Positions 11,139-21,280 of a stretch of 64,000 bases of DNA are shown here, piece after piece. The notes below the pieces were generated by a model. That model searched no databases. It was not told where the DNA came from and saw only the letters and a program-made list of their open reading frames with translations. The translations under genes and the position numbers were made by a program. The stretch comes from an uncultured bacterium (GTDB lineage: Bacteria > Krumholzibacteriota > Krumholzibacteriia > Krumholzibacteriales > Krumholzibacteriaceae), in assembly GCA_963813815.1 (NCBI GenBank), contig CAWFAD010000007.1:160001-224000 (forward strand). The letters run 5' to 3'. Positions within the stretch are counted from its first letter, which is position 1. Every line of letters begins with the position of its first letter.

Positions 11139-12674
11139 TCATCGAAGGAGCAAGACCTTCGTCGTTTCTCTCTTCTTGTCCGCTTTGACGACGGCGAAGT
11201 AGAGGCCCGGAGCGAGGGGCGCTCCGTCGTCGTCCCTGCCGTCCCAGACGACCTCATGGGTGCCCGCCGGAAGGGTCATCCTGCCGAGGGAGCGCACCCG
11301 GCGTCCGTCGACGGCGTAGAGATCGATGGAAGCGGCGCACGCCTCCTCCACGGAAACGAGCACGCGCGTCGATTCGCGGAAGGGATTCGGACAGACTCCG
11401 AGGGAGAAGGGCGTCGGCGCGTCCGGCGTTTCGCCGCCGTCGCCGCCGACGCCGTTCTCCGGGTCGAGATACTCGCGATAGTAGATTTCGCGGTTTCCGT
11501 CGCGCAGGTCGACCCACGCGACATGCAGGTCGGCGTTCGGTCCGGCAATGAGACAGCACAGATCGCTCGCGGCGTCTCCGTCGGAGATCCTCGTTGGACT
11601 CCACCAGACGCCGGCCGATTTTCGCCTGAAGAATATCTCCGAGTTGAAATCGGAGACGTGCGTGTCCCAGTACGCGAGCACCACGTCGCCGCCGGCGATG
11701 TCGATGCTCGGATGGTAATGCGTGCACGGCTCGTTCGTGACGGCGATCTCGCCCTCCCATCCTCCCGGCCCGCGGCGCCGGTAGTAGATCTGTTCGAAGG
11801 TGCCGCGCGCGTCGATCCAGGCGACGTGAACGTAGCCGCTGTCGTCGACCGCGATCGTGGGCCGCATGGCGTTCATCGCGGGATCGGTGACGAGCTCCTC
11901 GGCGAGCCAGACGCCTCCGGTTTTGCGGCGGTAATAGATCTTGCCGTTGTCGCCCCATGCGTCGGTGCGCGTATCCGCCCAAGCGACGTGCAGCGAGCCG
12001 TCCGGCCCCCGGTCGATCGCCGGCACGAGGCGGTTCCCCGTCTCCACGGCCGTGAGCGCCGTCGCCGCGGACCACGCCATGCTCCTAAAGGCGCGGTACA
12101 TGATCTGCGTGGCGAGTCCGATGGTCTCCATGTAAACCATATGGAGCGTGTCGCCGACGCCGACCAGGGCGGACGCGTAGGAATCGCCCGACGTGCTGGT
12201 GACGCGCGTCTCCTTCGACCATGCCCCGAAGGCCCAGAACCGGTGATAGATCTCCATGTTTCCGATCCGGTCGTCGTTCCACGCGAGATGCACGACGCCC
12301 GAGCCGTCGGCGGCGAGGTTCGGGCGGGCCGATTCTCCCTCGTCGAAGGTGAGCCGTTCCTCGGAGCCCCAGATGCCGCCTATTCTCGCCCGGTGATAGA
12401 TCTCGAAGTTGCGGTCCCGGTCGTCGCGCCAGACGATGTGCAGACGTCCGTCGGAGTCCACGGCGAGATACTTTGCGTTGTTCGGGGCCGTGCTGGAGGT
12501 GCCGGCATCGAAGGTGAGCCGCGTCTCGGCCTGCCAACCCGGCGTCTGGGCATTGGCTTCGCGCACGGCGGGGGAGGCGTGGATCGAGAAGGCGAGCCAC
12601 GCCGACAGGGCTATTTTACAGAATGAATTGCGTTTGACGCAGAAGGCGCGGTGGATGCATGATGGAAACCGCAT
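11139..12674 (-). CDS. Secreted repeat (beta-propeller-like) protein with C-terminal FlgD Ig-like domain
   Basis: Repeats of H(I/V)(V/A)WxDxRxxNxEIY(Y/H)R; tail PNPF...YAVDGRRVRSL...WDGRD..G..L.PGLYF; start uncertain. Confidence 0.8.
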   Translation of the reverse strand: MRFPSCIHRAFCVKRNSFCKIALSAWLAFSIHASPAVREANAQTPGWQAETRLTFDAGTSSTAPNNAKYLAVDSDGRLHIVWRDDRDRNFEIYHRARIGGIWGSEERLTFDEGESARPNLAADGSGVVHLAWNDDRIGNMEIYHRFWAFGAWSKETRVTSTSGDSYASALVGVGDTLHMVYMETIGLATQIMYRAFRSMAWSAATALTAVETGNRLVPAIDRGPDGSLHVAWADTRTDAWGDNGKIYYRRKTGGVWLAEELVTDPAMNAMRPTIAVDDSGYVHVAWIDARGTFEQIYYRRRGPGGWEGEIAVTNEPCTHYHPSIDIAGGDVVLAYWDTHVSDFNSEIFFRRKSAGVWWSPTRISDGDAASDLCCLIAGPNADLHVAWVDLRDGNREIYYREYLDPENGVGGDGGETPDAPTPFSLGVCPNPFRESTRVLVSVEEACAASIDLYAVDGRRVRSLGRMTLPAGTHEVVWDGRDDDGAPLAPGLYFAVVKADKKRETTKVLLLR

Positions 12675-12861
12675 AGCCGTCCGGGCGGGTCGCCCCAAGG
12701 GAAGTGACGTGGCGCGTAGCTCCTCTCCCGGAAGATAGCAACCGCGGTCAGCCGCCGCAACCCGAGATTTCCGGGCCCTTTCCCGGGTGAACGCTCCGGC
12801 CCTGGCATGCGGGATGCTTGCTCTCGCGGCGGGATGGAACGTTCCCGCGCAAGGCTCATAC

Positions 12862-14546
12862 ATGAGAACCGGTTATCGAATCGCAGCTCTCCTCGCACTC
12901 GGAGCGGCCGTTTTCTGCGTCCCGGGATGCGGTCCCGGCGGGGGCGAGGGCTCGAGCTCCGGAGGGAGGGCCGACCCCGGCGGGCCGGCCGCTCAGGGCG
13001 GCCGCCTCGTCATCGGCATGCAGCAGGAGCCCGAGATCCTGAACGAAGCCGTAAACTCCATGGTCGCGTCCGTCTACGTCTGCAACCTCATCTTCAGCAA
13101 GTTCGTGAAGTACAACGACCGGCTCGATCTCGTTCCCGATCTCATCGAGGAGATTCCGACGGTGGAGAACGGCGGCATCTCGCCCGATCATCTCGCCTAT
13201 ACCTATCGCATCAGGAAGAACGCTCGCTGGCACGACGGCGTTCCCGTCACCTCCTACGACGCGAAGTTCAGCTGGGAGGTCATGGTGCATCCTGACATCA
13301 ACGTCGAAACGCGCCAGGGCTGGGACGTCGTCCGTCGGGTGGAAACGCCGGACTCGCACACCGTCGTTTTTCACCTCCGCGAGATATACGCGAACTTCGC
13401 CGGGGATTGTTTCTACGACGAGTCGGTGCTGCCGCGGCATCTCCTCGCGGGCGAGCTCGGAAGCGGCTTTCAGACGGCCTCGTTCCACCGCCGCCCCGTC
13501 GGATCGGGTCCCTTCGTCTTCAAGGCGTGGGTGCCCGGATCGCACATCGTCCTCGTGGCGAACCGCGACTACTACGGACCGGGTCCCTATCTCGAGGAGA
13601 TCGTGATCAAGTTCATTCCCGACGGGAACGCGCTCGTCATGCAGCTCGAGACGGGCGAGATTCAGGGGATCGATAACGCGCCGAACTCGCTCCTCGGAGT
13701 CGTGGAGCGCCTCGGCGGGGTGCGTCTCTATCGAAATCCGGCGCTCTTCAACGAGCATCTCGATCTCAACTGCGAGCATCCGATTCTGAGCGACGCGCGG
13801 GTGCGCCGCGCGCTCGCGCTCGCGACCGATCGCCGGGAGCTCTCCGAAAAGATTTACGACGGGGTATGGATCCCCGCGCACGGCGACGATCATCCGCGTT
13901 CGGCCTACTACCATCCGGCCGTCGAGCGACTCTGGGCCTTCGACCTCGCGCGGGCGAAGGGGCTCCTCTCCTCCGCCGGCTGGGTCGACCGCGACGGCGA
14001 CGGAATCCGCGAGCGGGACGGCAAGCCGCTCCGCCTCGCGATATCGACGACGACGGGCAACCTCAACCGGGAACGCACGGAGCTCGTGCTCCGCGAGCAG
14101 TACGCGCGCATCGGCGTCGAGCTCGAGATACGCAACTACCATCCCGCCGAGCTCTACGCGAGCTGGGACGAAGGCGGGGTGCTGCGCCGGGGAACCTTCG
14201 ATATCGCGCTCTATGCGTTCCTCACTCCCCCCGACCCGTCGACGAAGGACGGGTCGTATTCGGAGGCGTTCATTCCTCCCTCGGGGCAGAATTTCACGCG
14301 CATCAGGAGCGAAGTCCTCACGAGGCTCCTCGCGGCGGGATCGCGCACGGTCGCTTTCGCCGAGCGCAAGCCGATCTACGACGAGATCGCCGCCGTCCTC
14401 GCCGAAGAGGTGCCCGTCATTCCGCTCCTCTGGGTGACGCAGCTCGACTGCATGCCGGCATCGCTCGAGGGCTACCGCCCGAATCCGACGCAATCGGGGG
14501 ATACCTGGAACGCGAACGAGTGGCGTCTGAGGGGGGCGCGCGATGA
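12862..14546 (+). CDS. Peptide/nickel ABC transporter substrate-binding lipoprotein (SBP family 5); stop codon reached only by a frameshift at 14531-14536
   Basis: Lipoprotein-like N-terminus (VPGC), RWHDGVPVTSYD, PVGSGPF, VRRALALA; similarity ends at NEWRL; a -1 shift gives TGA 14544-14546 overlapping the next ATG. Confidence 0.85.
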
Positions 14547-16006
14547 AGGCCCGGGCGCTGGTGCCCGTCGCGGTGCTCGTCGCGGCCGTGCTCGCTCTCA
14601 TGCAGCTCGGTCTCGGCCGGTCGACGCGGGGCGGCGCCGCCGCGCCTCGGATCGAATTTCGCGGAGCCGCCCGCAGCGTCGGGGGGTCGTGCCTCGTCGT
14701 GACCGCGGGGGACATCAGGTTCGCCGTCGATTGCGGAGCCCTCGGGGAGGAAGGGGGAGGCGAGATCCCGGATCTGCCCGATTCCCTTTCCTTCGTCGTT
14801 CTGACGCACGCCCACACCGATCACTGCGGACTCCTGCCCGAGCTTTTCAAGGCCGGTTTCGAAGGCCCCGTGTACTGCACGCGGGCGACGGCGGAGATCG
14901 CGCCCATCATGCTCGGCATGATGCAGGGATTGTCCCGCGCCGCCGTCGGGCGGGACGTTTTCGACCGGACGGTCTCCGGTTTGCGCGGCGTGCCGTTCGG
15001 GATGACGGTCGAGCACGGAGGAGTGCGGCTGCGCTTCCGGCGCGCGGAGCATCTCCTCGGAGCGGCGTCCGTCGAGCTCTGGCTGCCGGCCGGAGACGAC
15101 ACGGTGCTGCTCGTCGTCTCGGGCGACATCGGCGGCGGCAACTGCCCCCTCGTCCCGCCGCTCGAAACGCCGGAGCGGGCGGATTACGTCGTTATGGAGT
15201 CGACGTACGGGGGGGTCGTCCGCGATCCGGAGGGCGGCGATCCGGGGGCGGGGCACGAGGAGTTCGCGCGGGCCGTCGGGAAGGCGCTGCGGGATGGAGG
15301 CGACGTGCTCATTCCGGCGTTCACCCTCGGACGGACGCAGGAGATCATGGCGGTCATCGACCGGTATCAGCGCGCCGGCGTCATCCCAGCCGAATCCGAA
15401 ATCTACGTCGACAGTCCGACGGCGCACAGGATAACGAACGTGTATCGCGAGCTCCGGGACGAGCTCTCCGACGCCGCGCGGGATCAGTATCCGGGCGAGC
15501 CGCTCAGGTTCCCGTCGCTGAGGGAGGTGAGAAGCCGCACGTCGATGAAGGTTCACGATCGCCGCCACGCTCCGGCCGTCTTCGTCTCCTCGAGCGGCGA
15601 CCTCGCCCACGCCAACTCGCCGCGCCACCTCATGCGGATGTTCGGGCGCCGCGAGAATCTCCTCTGCATCATCGGCTGGCAGTCCCCCGGCTCCCCGGGG
15701 GCGCGACTCCTCGGCGGGGAGAGCCCCGTTCTCATACGGCACCGGGAGGGGAACGAGAATCTCGATGACTGGATCGCCCCGGTCCTCTCCGTGACGGCGT
15801 CTTCCGCCTTTTCGGGGCACGCCGACGCAACGGGGCTCGTGCGCTGGATCGCGGGGGTGCGCGGCGCGCGAAAAGTGTTTCTCGTCCACGGCGATGAAAG
15901 CCGCGCGGAAGCGCTGGCGGAATCGATCCGGCGGACGCTCGGTCTCGATGTCGAGGCGCCCGGGCGCGGAGCGATTCGCGAGCTCGTCCCCGTGCGCGGC
16001 TCGTAG
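14543..16006 (+). CDS. MBL-fold beta-CASP nuclease with N-terminal hydrophobic signal/anchor
   Basis: VGGSC, VDCG, THAHTDH, HLLGA, SGD, MESTYG, PAFTLGRTQE, FSGHAD, LVHG motifs. Confidence 0.9.
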   Translation: MKARALVPVAVLVAAVLALMQLGLGRSTRGGAAAPRIEFRGAARSVGGSCLVVTAGDIRFAVDCGALGEEGGGEIPDLPDSLSFVVLTHAHTDHCGLLPELFKAGFEGPVYCTRATAEIAPIMLGMMQGLSRAAVGRDVFDRTVSGLRGVPFGMTVEHGGVRLRFRRAEHLLGAASVELWLPAGDDTVLLVVSGDIGGGNCPLVPPLETPERADYVVMESTYGGVVRDPEGGDPGAGHEEFARAVGKALRDGGDVLIPAFTLGRTQEIMAVIDRYQRAGVIPAESEIYVDSPTAHRITNVYRELRDELSDAARDQYPGEPLRFPSLREVRSRTSMKVHDRRHAPAVFVSSSGDLAHANSPRHLMRMFGRRENLLCIIGWQSPGSPGARLLGGESPVLIRHREGNENLDDWIAPVLSVTASSAFSGHADATGLVRWIAGVRGARKVFLVHGDESRAEALAESIRRTLGLDVEAPGRGAIRELVPVRGS

Positions 16007-16018
16007 GCGGGTGGCCCG

Positions 16019-17050
16019 ATGAAGCGATACGTCTGCCGGCGTCTCCTGCGCGTGATTCCGATCGTGCTTCTCGTGTCGATCGTCACCTTCACGCTGCTCC
16101 ATCTCTCGCCCGGAGGGCCCGCCGCCATCATGGCGGGAAACCGGAGCGTCTCCGAGGCGGATCTCGCGCGGATCGAACGCGGCCTCGGACTCGACAAGCC
16201 CCTTCCCGTTCAGTACCTCGGCTGGCTCCGGCGGGTCTTCTTCGGTTTCGATTTCGGGAGGAGCTACGCGACGGGAGAGCCCGTCTCGCGTATGATTCTC
16301 GATCGGGCGGGGGCGACGCTCGAGCTCATGGGCGCTTCCTTCGTTCTCGCCGCCCTCTTCGCCTTTCTGGGGGGAGCCCTTTCGGCCGTCCGGCGGGACA
16401 GGCTCGCCGACCAGATTCTCTCCGTGCTCTCCGCGGCCGGTCTATCGATGCCCGTCTTCTGGCTCGGGATCGTCGCGATCTATGTCTTTTCCCTGCGCCT
16501 CGGCGTTCTTCCGAGCGGGGGGCGAGAGACGATCGGCGCGTCGGGCGCCGCCGACCATCTGCGGCATCTCGTCCTCCCGGCGCTCGTTCTCTCCGCCGGC
16601 TTCGCCGCCTCGTGGAGCCGCTACGTGCGCTCGCAGCTCGTCGAGACCATGCAGAGCGAGTTCGTTCGCACGGCGCGCGCGAAGGGGCTCGGCGAAGGGA
16701 CCGTGATCTGGAAGCACGCGCTGCGGCCGTCCCTGCTGCCCGTTCTCACCGTGATGGTGCTCCATCTGCCGGCGCTCTTCACCGGCGCGGTGATCACGGA
16801 GACCGTCTTTTCCTGGCCGGGAATGGGAAGGCTGTTCTACGAGGGGCTCGCGCGCCACGATTATCCGCGCGTGCTCGGCGTCGTCGTCGTATCCTCGTTT
16901 CTCGTTATTCTCGCGAACCTCCTCGGCGACATTTTGAGCGCGGCCGTCGATCCGAGAATCTCGCTCGAGCGCGCGAGCGGCGCCGCCGCGGCCCCGCGCC
17001 GGTCCGAGCCGGGCGCGCCCGCGCCGCGAGCGCCGGAGGAGGGGGCATGA
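16019..17050 (+). CDS. ABC transporter permease (OppB/DppB type)
   Basis: GLDKPLPVQY, EAA loop FVRTARAKGL, ETVFSWPGMG. Confidence 0.95.
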   Translation: MKRYVCRRLLRVIPIVLLVSIVTFTLLHLSPGGPAAIMAGNRSVSEADLARIERGLGLDKPLPVQYLGWLRRVFFGFDFGRSYATGEPVSRMILDRAGATLELMGASFVLAALFAFLGGALSAVRRDRLADQILSVLSAAGLSMPVFWLGIVAIYVFSLRLGVLPSGGRETIGASGAADHLRHLVLPALVLSAGFAASWSRYVRSQLVETMQSEFVRTARAKGLGEGTVIWKHALRPSLLPVLTVMVLHLPALFTGAVITETVFSWPGMGRLFYEGLARHDYPRVLGVVVVSSFLVILANLLGDILSAAVDPRISLERASGAAAAPRRSEPGAPAPRAPEEGA

Positions 17051-17877
17051 ACGTCGAATCGGGAAACGCGCGGCTCCTCGCCTACCGCCCCGCCGTCTAT
17101 TCGATCGTCCTTCTCGCGATCGTGCTCGTCGTCTCGATCGGGGCGCCGCTCTTCGTCGCGCACGGGAGGGACGCGATCGATCTCGAGAACGTTCTCGCCG
17201 CTCCCTCCGCCGAGCATCCCCTCGGCACCGACGAGCTCGGGCGGGATACGCTCGCCCGGCTGCTCTATGCGGGGCGTTACAGCCTCCTCGTCGCGTTCGC
17301 GGCGGTCGCGATCGCCTCCGCCGCGGGGATGCTGGCCGGCGCGGCGGCGGGGTTCTTCGGCGGGGCGGTCGACGCCTTCGTCATGCTCGTGGCCGATCTC
17401 TTTCTTTCCGTGCCGGTGTTCCTCGTGCTGCTCGTGGCCGCGTCAGCCGGGGGCGGACGCCTCTGGCTCGTCCCCGTCATCATCGGGGCCACCTCGTGGG
17501 TCGAGACGGCGAGGGTGGTCCGCTCGCTCGTTCTCTCGCTTCGGGAGCGCGGTTTCGTCGAGGCCGCTCGGGCGATCGGGGCGGGGCGGATGAGCCTGCT
17601 CGCGCGGCATCTGCTGCCCGGAACGGTGCCCGCCGTGATCGTCGCCTCGACGACGGGATTCGCCCAGGCGATGATCGCCGAATCGGCGCTGAGCTTCCTC
17701 GGTTTCGGCGTCCAGCCCCCGGCGCCGACGTGGGGGAACATGCTGCAGAACGCCCACCTCTTCATCCGGGAGGCGCCTGCGGCGGCGATCGCGCCCGGTT
17801 TCATGATCTTCGTCACCTGCCTCGCGTTCCACTACGCCGGCGAGGGGCTCCGCAGGAAGCTTGCCAGGAACGATTGA
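17047..17877 (+). CDS. ABC transporter permease (OppC/DppC type)
   Basis: HPLGTDELGRD, FVEAARAIG, ESALSFLGFG...WGNML; ATGA overlap. Confidence 0.95.
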   Translation: MNVESGNARLLAYRPAVYSIVLLAIVLVVSIGAPLFVAHGRDAIDLENVLAAPSAEHPLGTDELGRDTLARLLYAGRYSLLVAFAAVAIASAAGMLAGAAAGFFGGAVDAFVMLVADLFLSVPVFLVLLVAASAGGGRLWLVPVIIGATSWVETARVVRSLVLSLRERGFVEAARAIGAGRMSLLARHLLPGTVPAVIVASTTGFAQAMIAESALSFLGFGVQPPAPTWGNMLQNAHLFIREAPAAAIAPGFMIFVTCLAFHYAGEGLRRKLARND

Positions 17878-17896
17878 TGCCGCTAGAATCTCCCGC

Positions 17897-18931
17897 ATGA
17901 CAGGGTCGATCAAAGCCGTCGGTCTCGTGTCGGGAGGGCTCGACAGCGCGCTCGCCGTCGCCCTCATGAGGCGGGAGGGGATCGAGGTCGTCGGCCTCCA
18001 CGTCGCCATAGGTTACTCGGCGGGCGTCATGCGGCGGGAGATAGCCGGAGAAGCCCTCGCCTCGCTGCTCGAGGAGGAGTCACGGCGGATGTCCGAGGGC
18101 TTCGGGACGCGTGTGCTCGTCATCGACCGCTCGACGGAGTACTTCGACATCCTGCTGCATCCGCGTCACGGGTACGGTGCGAACGTGAACCCGTGCATCG
18201 ACTGCCACCTGTTCATGATCCGCGAGGCGAAGAAGATCATGGAGAAAGAGGGGGCGCGGTTCGTGTTCACCGGGGAAGTGCTCGGACAGCGTCCGATGTC
18301 CCAGAATCTCCCGGCGCTCGAGCTCATCGAGCGCGAGAGCGGGCTCGATGGCCTGCTGCTCCGCCCCCTGAGCGCGAGGCTTCTCGCCCCGACGTTTCCG
18401 GAGCGCGACGATCTCATCGATCGCGCCCGCCTCCTCGATATCGAAGGGCGCTCGCGCAGGCGACAGATGGCGCTCGCCGCCGAGCTCGGCATCGCGGGGT
18501 ACGAGTCGCCCGCGGGAGGATGCCTTCTCACCGACGCGAACTACGCGCGCAAGGTCCGCGACTGGATGCGACACGCGGGCGACCGGCCGCTGACGCACGA
18601 GGAGACGCTCCTCTTCTCGGTCGGAAGGCATTTCCGGCTGTCGCCTTCGGTGAAGATCGTCGTCGGCCGCCGCGAGGTCGAGAACGAGTACCTCGAGCGC
18701 GCGTGGAGCGGCTGGTGGCTCGCGAGCCCCGTCGACGTGCCGGGGCCGACCGTGCTCGTTCAGGGAGAGGCGTCGGAGGACGAGCTCGCACTCGCCGCCG
18801 GATTCGTCGCGCGTTACGGCGACGCGAAGGGCGAGCCGCGCACAAGGGTCGCCGCACGGCGGGGGAGCGAAGAGCGCCGGTGCGAGGCCTCCCCCGTCGC
18901 CGAGGAGCTCGTCGAACGGACCCGCATCTAG
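17897..18931 (+). CDS. PP-loop tRNA thiouridylase-like protein (ThiI/MnmA-like)
   Basis: SGGLDS PP-loop, NPCIDCH, TGEVLGQRPMSQ, PAGGCLLT, GRHFR. Confidence 0.85.
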   Translation: MTGSIKAVGLVSGGLDSALAVALMRREGIEVVGLHVAIGYSAGVMRREIAGEALASLLEEESRRMSEGFGTRVLVIDRSTEYFDILLHPRHGYGANVNPCIDCHLFMIREAKKIMEKEGARFVFTGEVLGQRPMSQNLPALELIERESGLDGLLLRPLSARLLAPTFPERDDLIDRARLLDIEGRSRRRQMALAAELGIAGYESPAGGCLLTDANYARKVRDWMRHAGDRPLTHEETLLFSVGRHFRLSPSVKIVVGRREVENEYLERAWSGWWLASPVDVPGPTVLVQGEASEDELALAAGFVARYGDAKGEPRTRVAARRGSEERRCEASPVAEELVERTRI

Positions 18932-18944
18932 ACGAAACCCGCTC

Positions 18945-19484
18945 TCAGATTTCTTCCGTCCAGAGTCGCCGCAGCTCCTCGCGTCGCTCGAGAAAACGCC
19001 TGATCATGCGCTCGTGCGACTCGAAGGCCAGGTCGGGAAGGCTCGCCGGATCGGAGAACGCGAGGTCGGCGGCGTCGTCGCCGGGACGCGGTTCCCCGGT
19101 GAAGCCGGCGAAGGAATAGCCGATGAGAAGGATCGAGGTGCCGTAGAACCGGCTCTCCTGATAGATGATGTCGACGAGGGAGGGATCGCTCGCCCGTATC
19201 CCGCATTCCTCCTCGAGCTCGCGCCTCGCCGCTTCCGCCGGGCCTTCGCCCGTTTCGATGAATCCACCGGGCAGCGCCCAGCGCCCGCGACCCGGCTCGC
19301 GGCTCCGCAGGATGAGGAGGATGCGCCCCGCATCCTCCGTGACGATCGCGGTGGCGGCCGGGATGGGATTCTCGTAGATGAAGCGGCGCTCGTCCCCGCA
19401 ATAGAGACGCGTTCTCCCCTCCGATTCCCGGTGCTCGAGGGTTTTCCCGCAATACGGGCAGTAGAGCTTGGCGCTCTGCGTCAC
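18945..19484 (-). CDS. NUDIX hydrolase with N-terminal zinc ribbon
   Basis: YCPYCG, YENP, Nudix box GGFIETGEGPAEAARRELEEECG; GTG start. Confidence 0.9.
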   Translation of the reverse strand: MTQSAKLYCPYCGKTLEHRESEGRTRLYCGDERRFIYENPIPAATAIVTEDAGRILLILRSREPGRGRWALPGGFIETGEGPAEAARRELEEECGIRASDPSLVDIIYQESRFYGTSILLIGYSFAGFTGEPRPGDDAADLAFSDPASLPDLAFESHERMIRRFLERREELRRLWTEEI

Positions 19485-19626
19485 GGTGTTTCGACCTCCG
19501 CATCGAGGATACGAGCGCCGGCCCCTTCCCGCAAGCGTCAAGTGGGAGCCGAAGTTGTCCTTGCGGGGGCGCGGGCCCTTCGCTAGCATGTGCGCGGGGC
19601 GATGCGCCGGGAGGAGAGGCGAGGGC

Positions 19627-20568
19627 ATGAAGCGAACGTTCGACATCGTCGGTCTCGGCTACACGGCGTTCGATTATCTCGGCGTCGTTCCGCGGCTTCC
19701 GGCCGAGGATTCGAAGCTCGAAATCGGCGATTTCACGATACAGGGAGGGGGCCCGGCCGCGACGGCCATGGTCGCCTCCCGCAGGCTCGGGGCGAGCTCG
19801 GCGCTCATCGCCAAGATCGGCGACGACCATTTCGGCCGCGGCATGCTCGACGGACTCGCCGCGGAGGCGGTCGACGCCTCGGCGGTCGTCGTCGAGCGCG
19901 GGGCGACGTCGCAGTTCGCCTTCGTCATGGTGAATCCGTCGAACGCCACGCGGACGATTCTCTGGACTCGGGGCACCGTCTCCCGCCTGAGGCCCGACGA
20001 GGTGGATCTCGACCTCGTCGGGTCGGCGAAGGGGCTTCTCGTCGACGACCTCGAGCCCGCGGCCGCGCTCGTCGCCGCGCGGCACGCCCGGGCGCGGGGG
20101 ATTCCGGTTCTCATCGACGCCGGCTCTCTGCGCGAGGGAGTCCGGGATCTGCTGCCCCACTGTGACTACATACTCGCGGGGGAACGCTTCGCGGAGCAGA
20201 TCTCGGGAAGCTCCGATCCGCGCGCGGCGCTGGCGACGCTCGATTCCTTCGGCCCGAAGGCGTGCGGCGTGACGCTCGGCGAACGCGGCTGCGTGGTTCT
20301 TTCGGAGGGCGCGACCATCGAGGCGCCCGGATTCGCCGTGGACGCCGTCGATACGACGGGGGCCGGCGACGTTTTCCACGGGGCCTTTCTGTTCGCGGTT
20401 CTTCAGGGATGGGACGTCGAGCGGTGCTGCGTCTTTTCGAACGCCGTCGCCGCGCTCAAATGCCGGCGCATCGGTGGCCGCGCGGGAATTCCCACGAGGG
20501 ACGAGGCGATCGCCTTTCTCGCCCGCGAGCGTCCCCGGCTCGTCTTCCCCGTGCGGGATCCGCTCTGA
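19627..20568 (+). CDS. PfkB/ribokinase family sugar kinase
   Basis: GGGPAAT, IGDDHFG, VTLGERG, VDTTGAGDVFHG. Confidence 0.93.
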   Translation: MKRTFDIVGLGYTAFDYLGVVPRLPAEDSKLEIGDFTIQGGGPAATAMVASRRLGASSALIAKIGDDHFGRGMLDGLAAEAVDASAVVVERGATSQFAFVMVNPSNATRTILWTRGTVSRLRPDEVDLDLVGSAKGLLVDDLEPAAALVAARHARARGIPVLIDAGSLREGVRDLLPHCDYILAGERFAEQISGSSDPRAALATLDSFGPKACGVTLGERGCVVLSEGATIEAPGFAVDAVDTTGAGDVFHGAFLFAVLQGWDVERCCVFSNAVAALKCRRIGGRAGIPTRDEAIAFLARERPRLVFPVRDPL

Positions 20569-20580
20569 GCGCGCCGGCGC

Positions 20581-21072
20581 TCAGGGAAGGGTGTGGCGGC
20601 GCAGATCCCCCGTCGCGAGATCGAAGTCGATCCATCCCGCCGGCTCGTGAAGCCCGATGAGATCGCCGGGATTGACGAGCCAGGTGTCTCCTATCCGCTC
20701 CACCTTCATGCGATGCGTGTGGCCGTAGAAGACGGCGGCGTACGAGCGCGTGCAGGCGAATCCGCGCGCGAACTCGGGGCGGTGCGTGAGGGCGATCTCC
20801 CCGTTCTCCGTTTCGACGAATCCGAATTCGCCGTGCAGCGTGATGTTCGGGAACTTTTTCGATGCGCCTCCGATCGCGTAGCGATCCCCCTCGTTGTTTC
20901 CGAAGACGACGTGCACGGGTCCGGCGAACCCGGCGAGACGCTCGACGACGAAGGGGGAGCAGAGGTCGCCGCAGTGGAGGAGCGAGGCCACGCCGAGGGC
21001 GTTGATTCCGGCGACGGCCCTTTCGACGTTCTCGATGTTATCGTGCGTGTCGCTCATGACCGCGATTCTCAT
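20581..21072 (-). CDS. YfcE-like metallophosphoesterase
   Basis: SDTH, HCGD, GNNE, GHTH, NPG motifs. Confidence 0.92.
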   Translation of the reverse strand: MRIAVMSDTHDNIENVERAVAGINALGVASLLHCGDLCSPFVVERLAGFAGPVHVVFGNNEGDRYAIGGASKKFPNITLHGEFGFVETENGEIALTHRPEFARGFACTRSYAAVFYGHTHRMKVERIGDTWLVNPGDLIGLHEPAGWIDFDLATGDLRRHTLP

Positions 21073-21280
21073 GGCGCTCCTTTCCGTCCCGCGGCGCGCG
21101 CGAGAGGCGCGCCCCGAATGTCTCCGCGGCGAACCCGGCGTTAGGCATCAGTATACACGGCGGGGAGGAGGCGGGAACGGTTTTCTCGCGGCGTCCGCTC
21201 CCCTCTATGGCATGGCTCTTGATCTCGTCCCCTTTTCGGCAAGGGCGGCTCTTTACCCAACCTCACCGGGAAGGCGGACG

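Noticed and set aside
12787..15768. 993-aa ORF suggesting a giant SBP fusion
   Set aside because: After NEWRL it is Arg-rich out-of-frame sequence overlapping the real beta-CASP gene; explained by the missing stop at the G-run
18193..18210. CIDCH as a heme-c site in the tRNA thiolase
   Set aside because: Cytoplasmic PP-loop enzyme; the CxxC belongs to the family's catalytic/Fe-S motif
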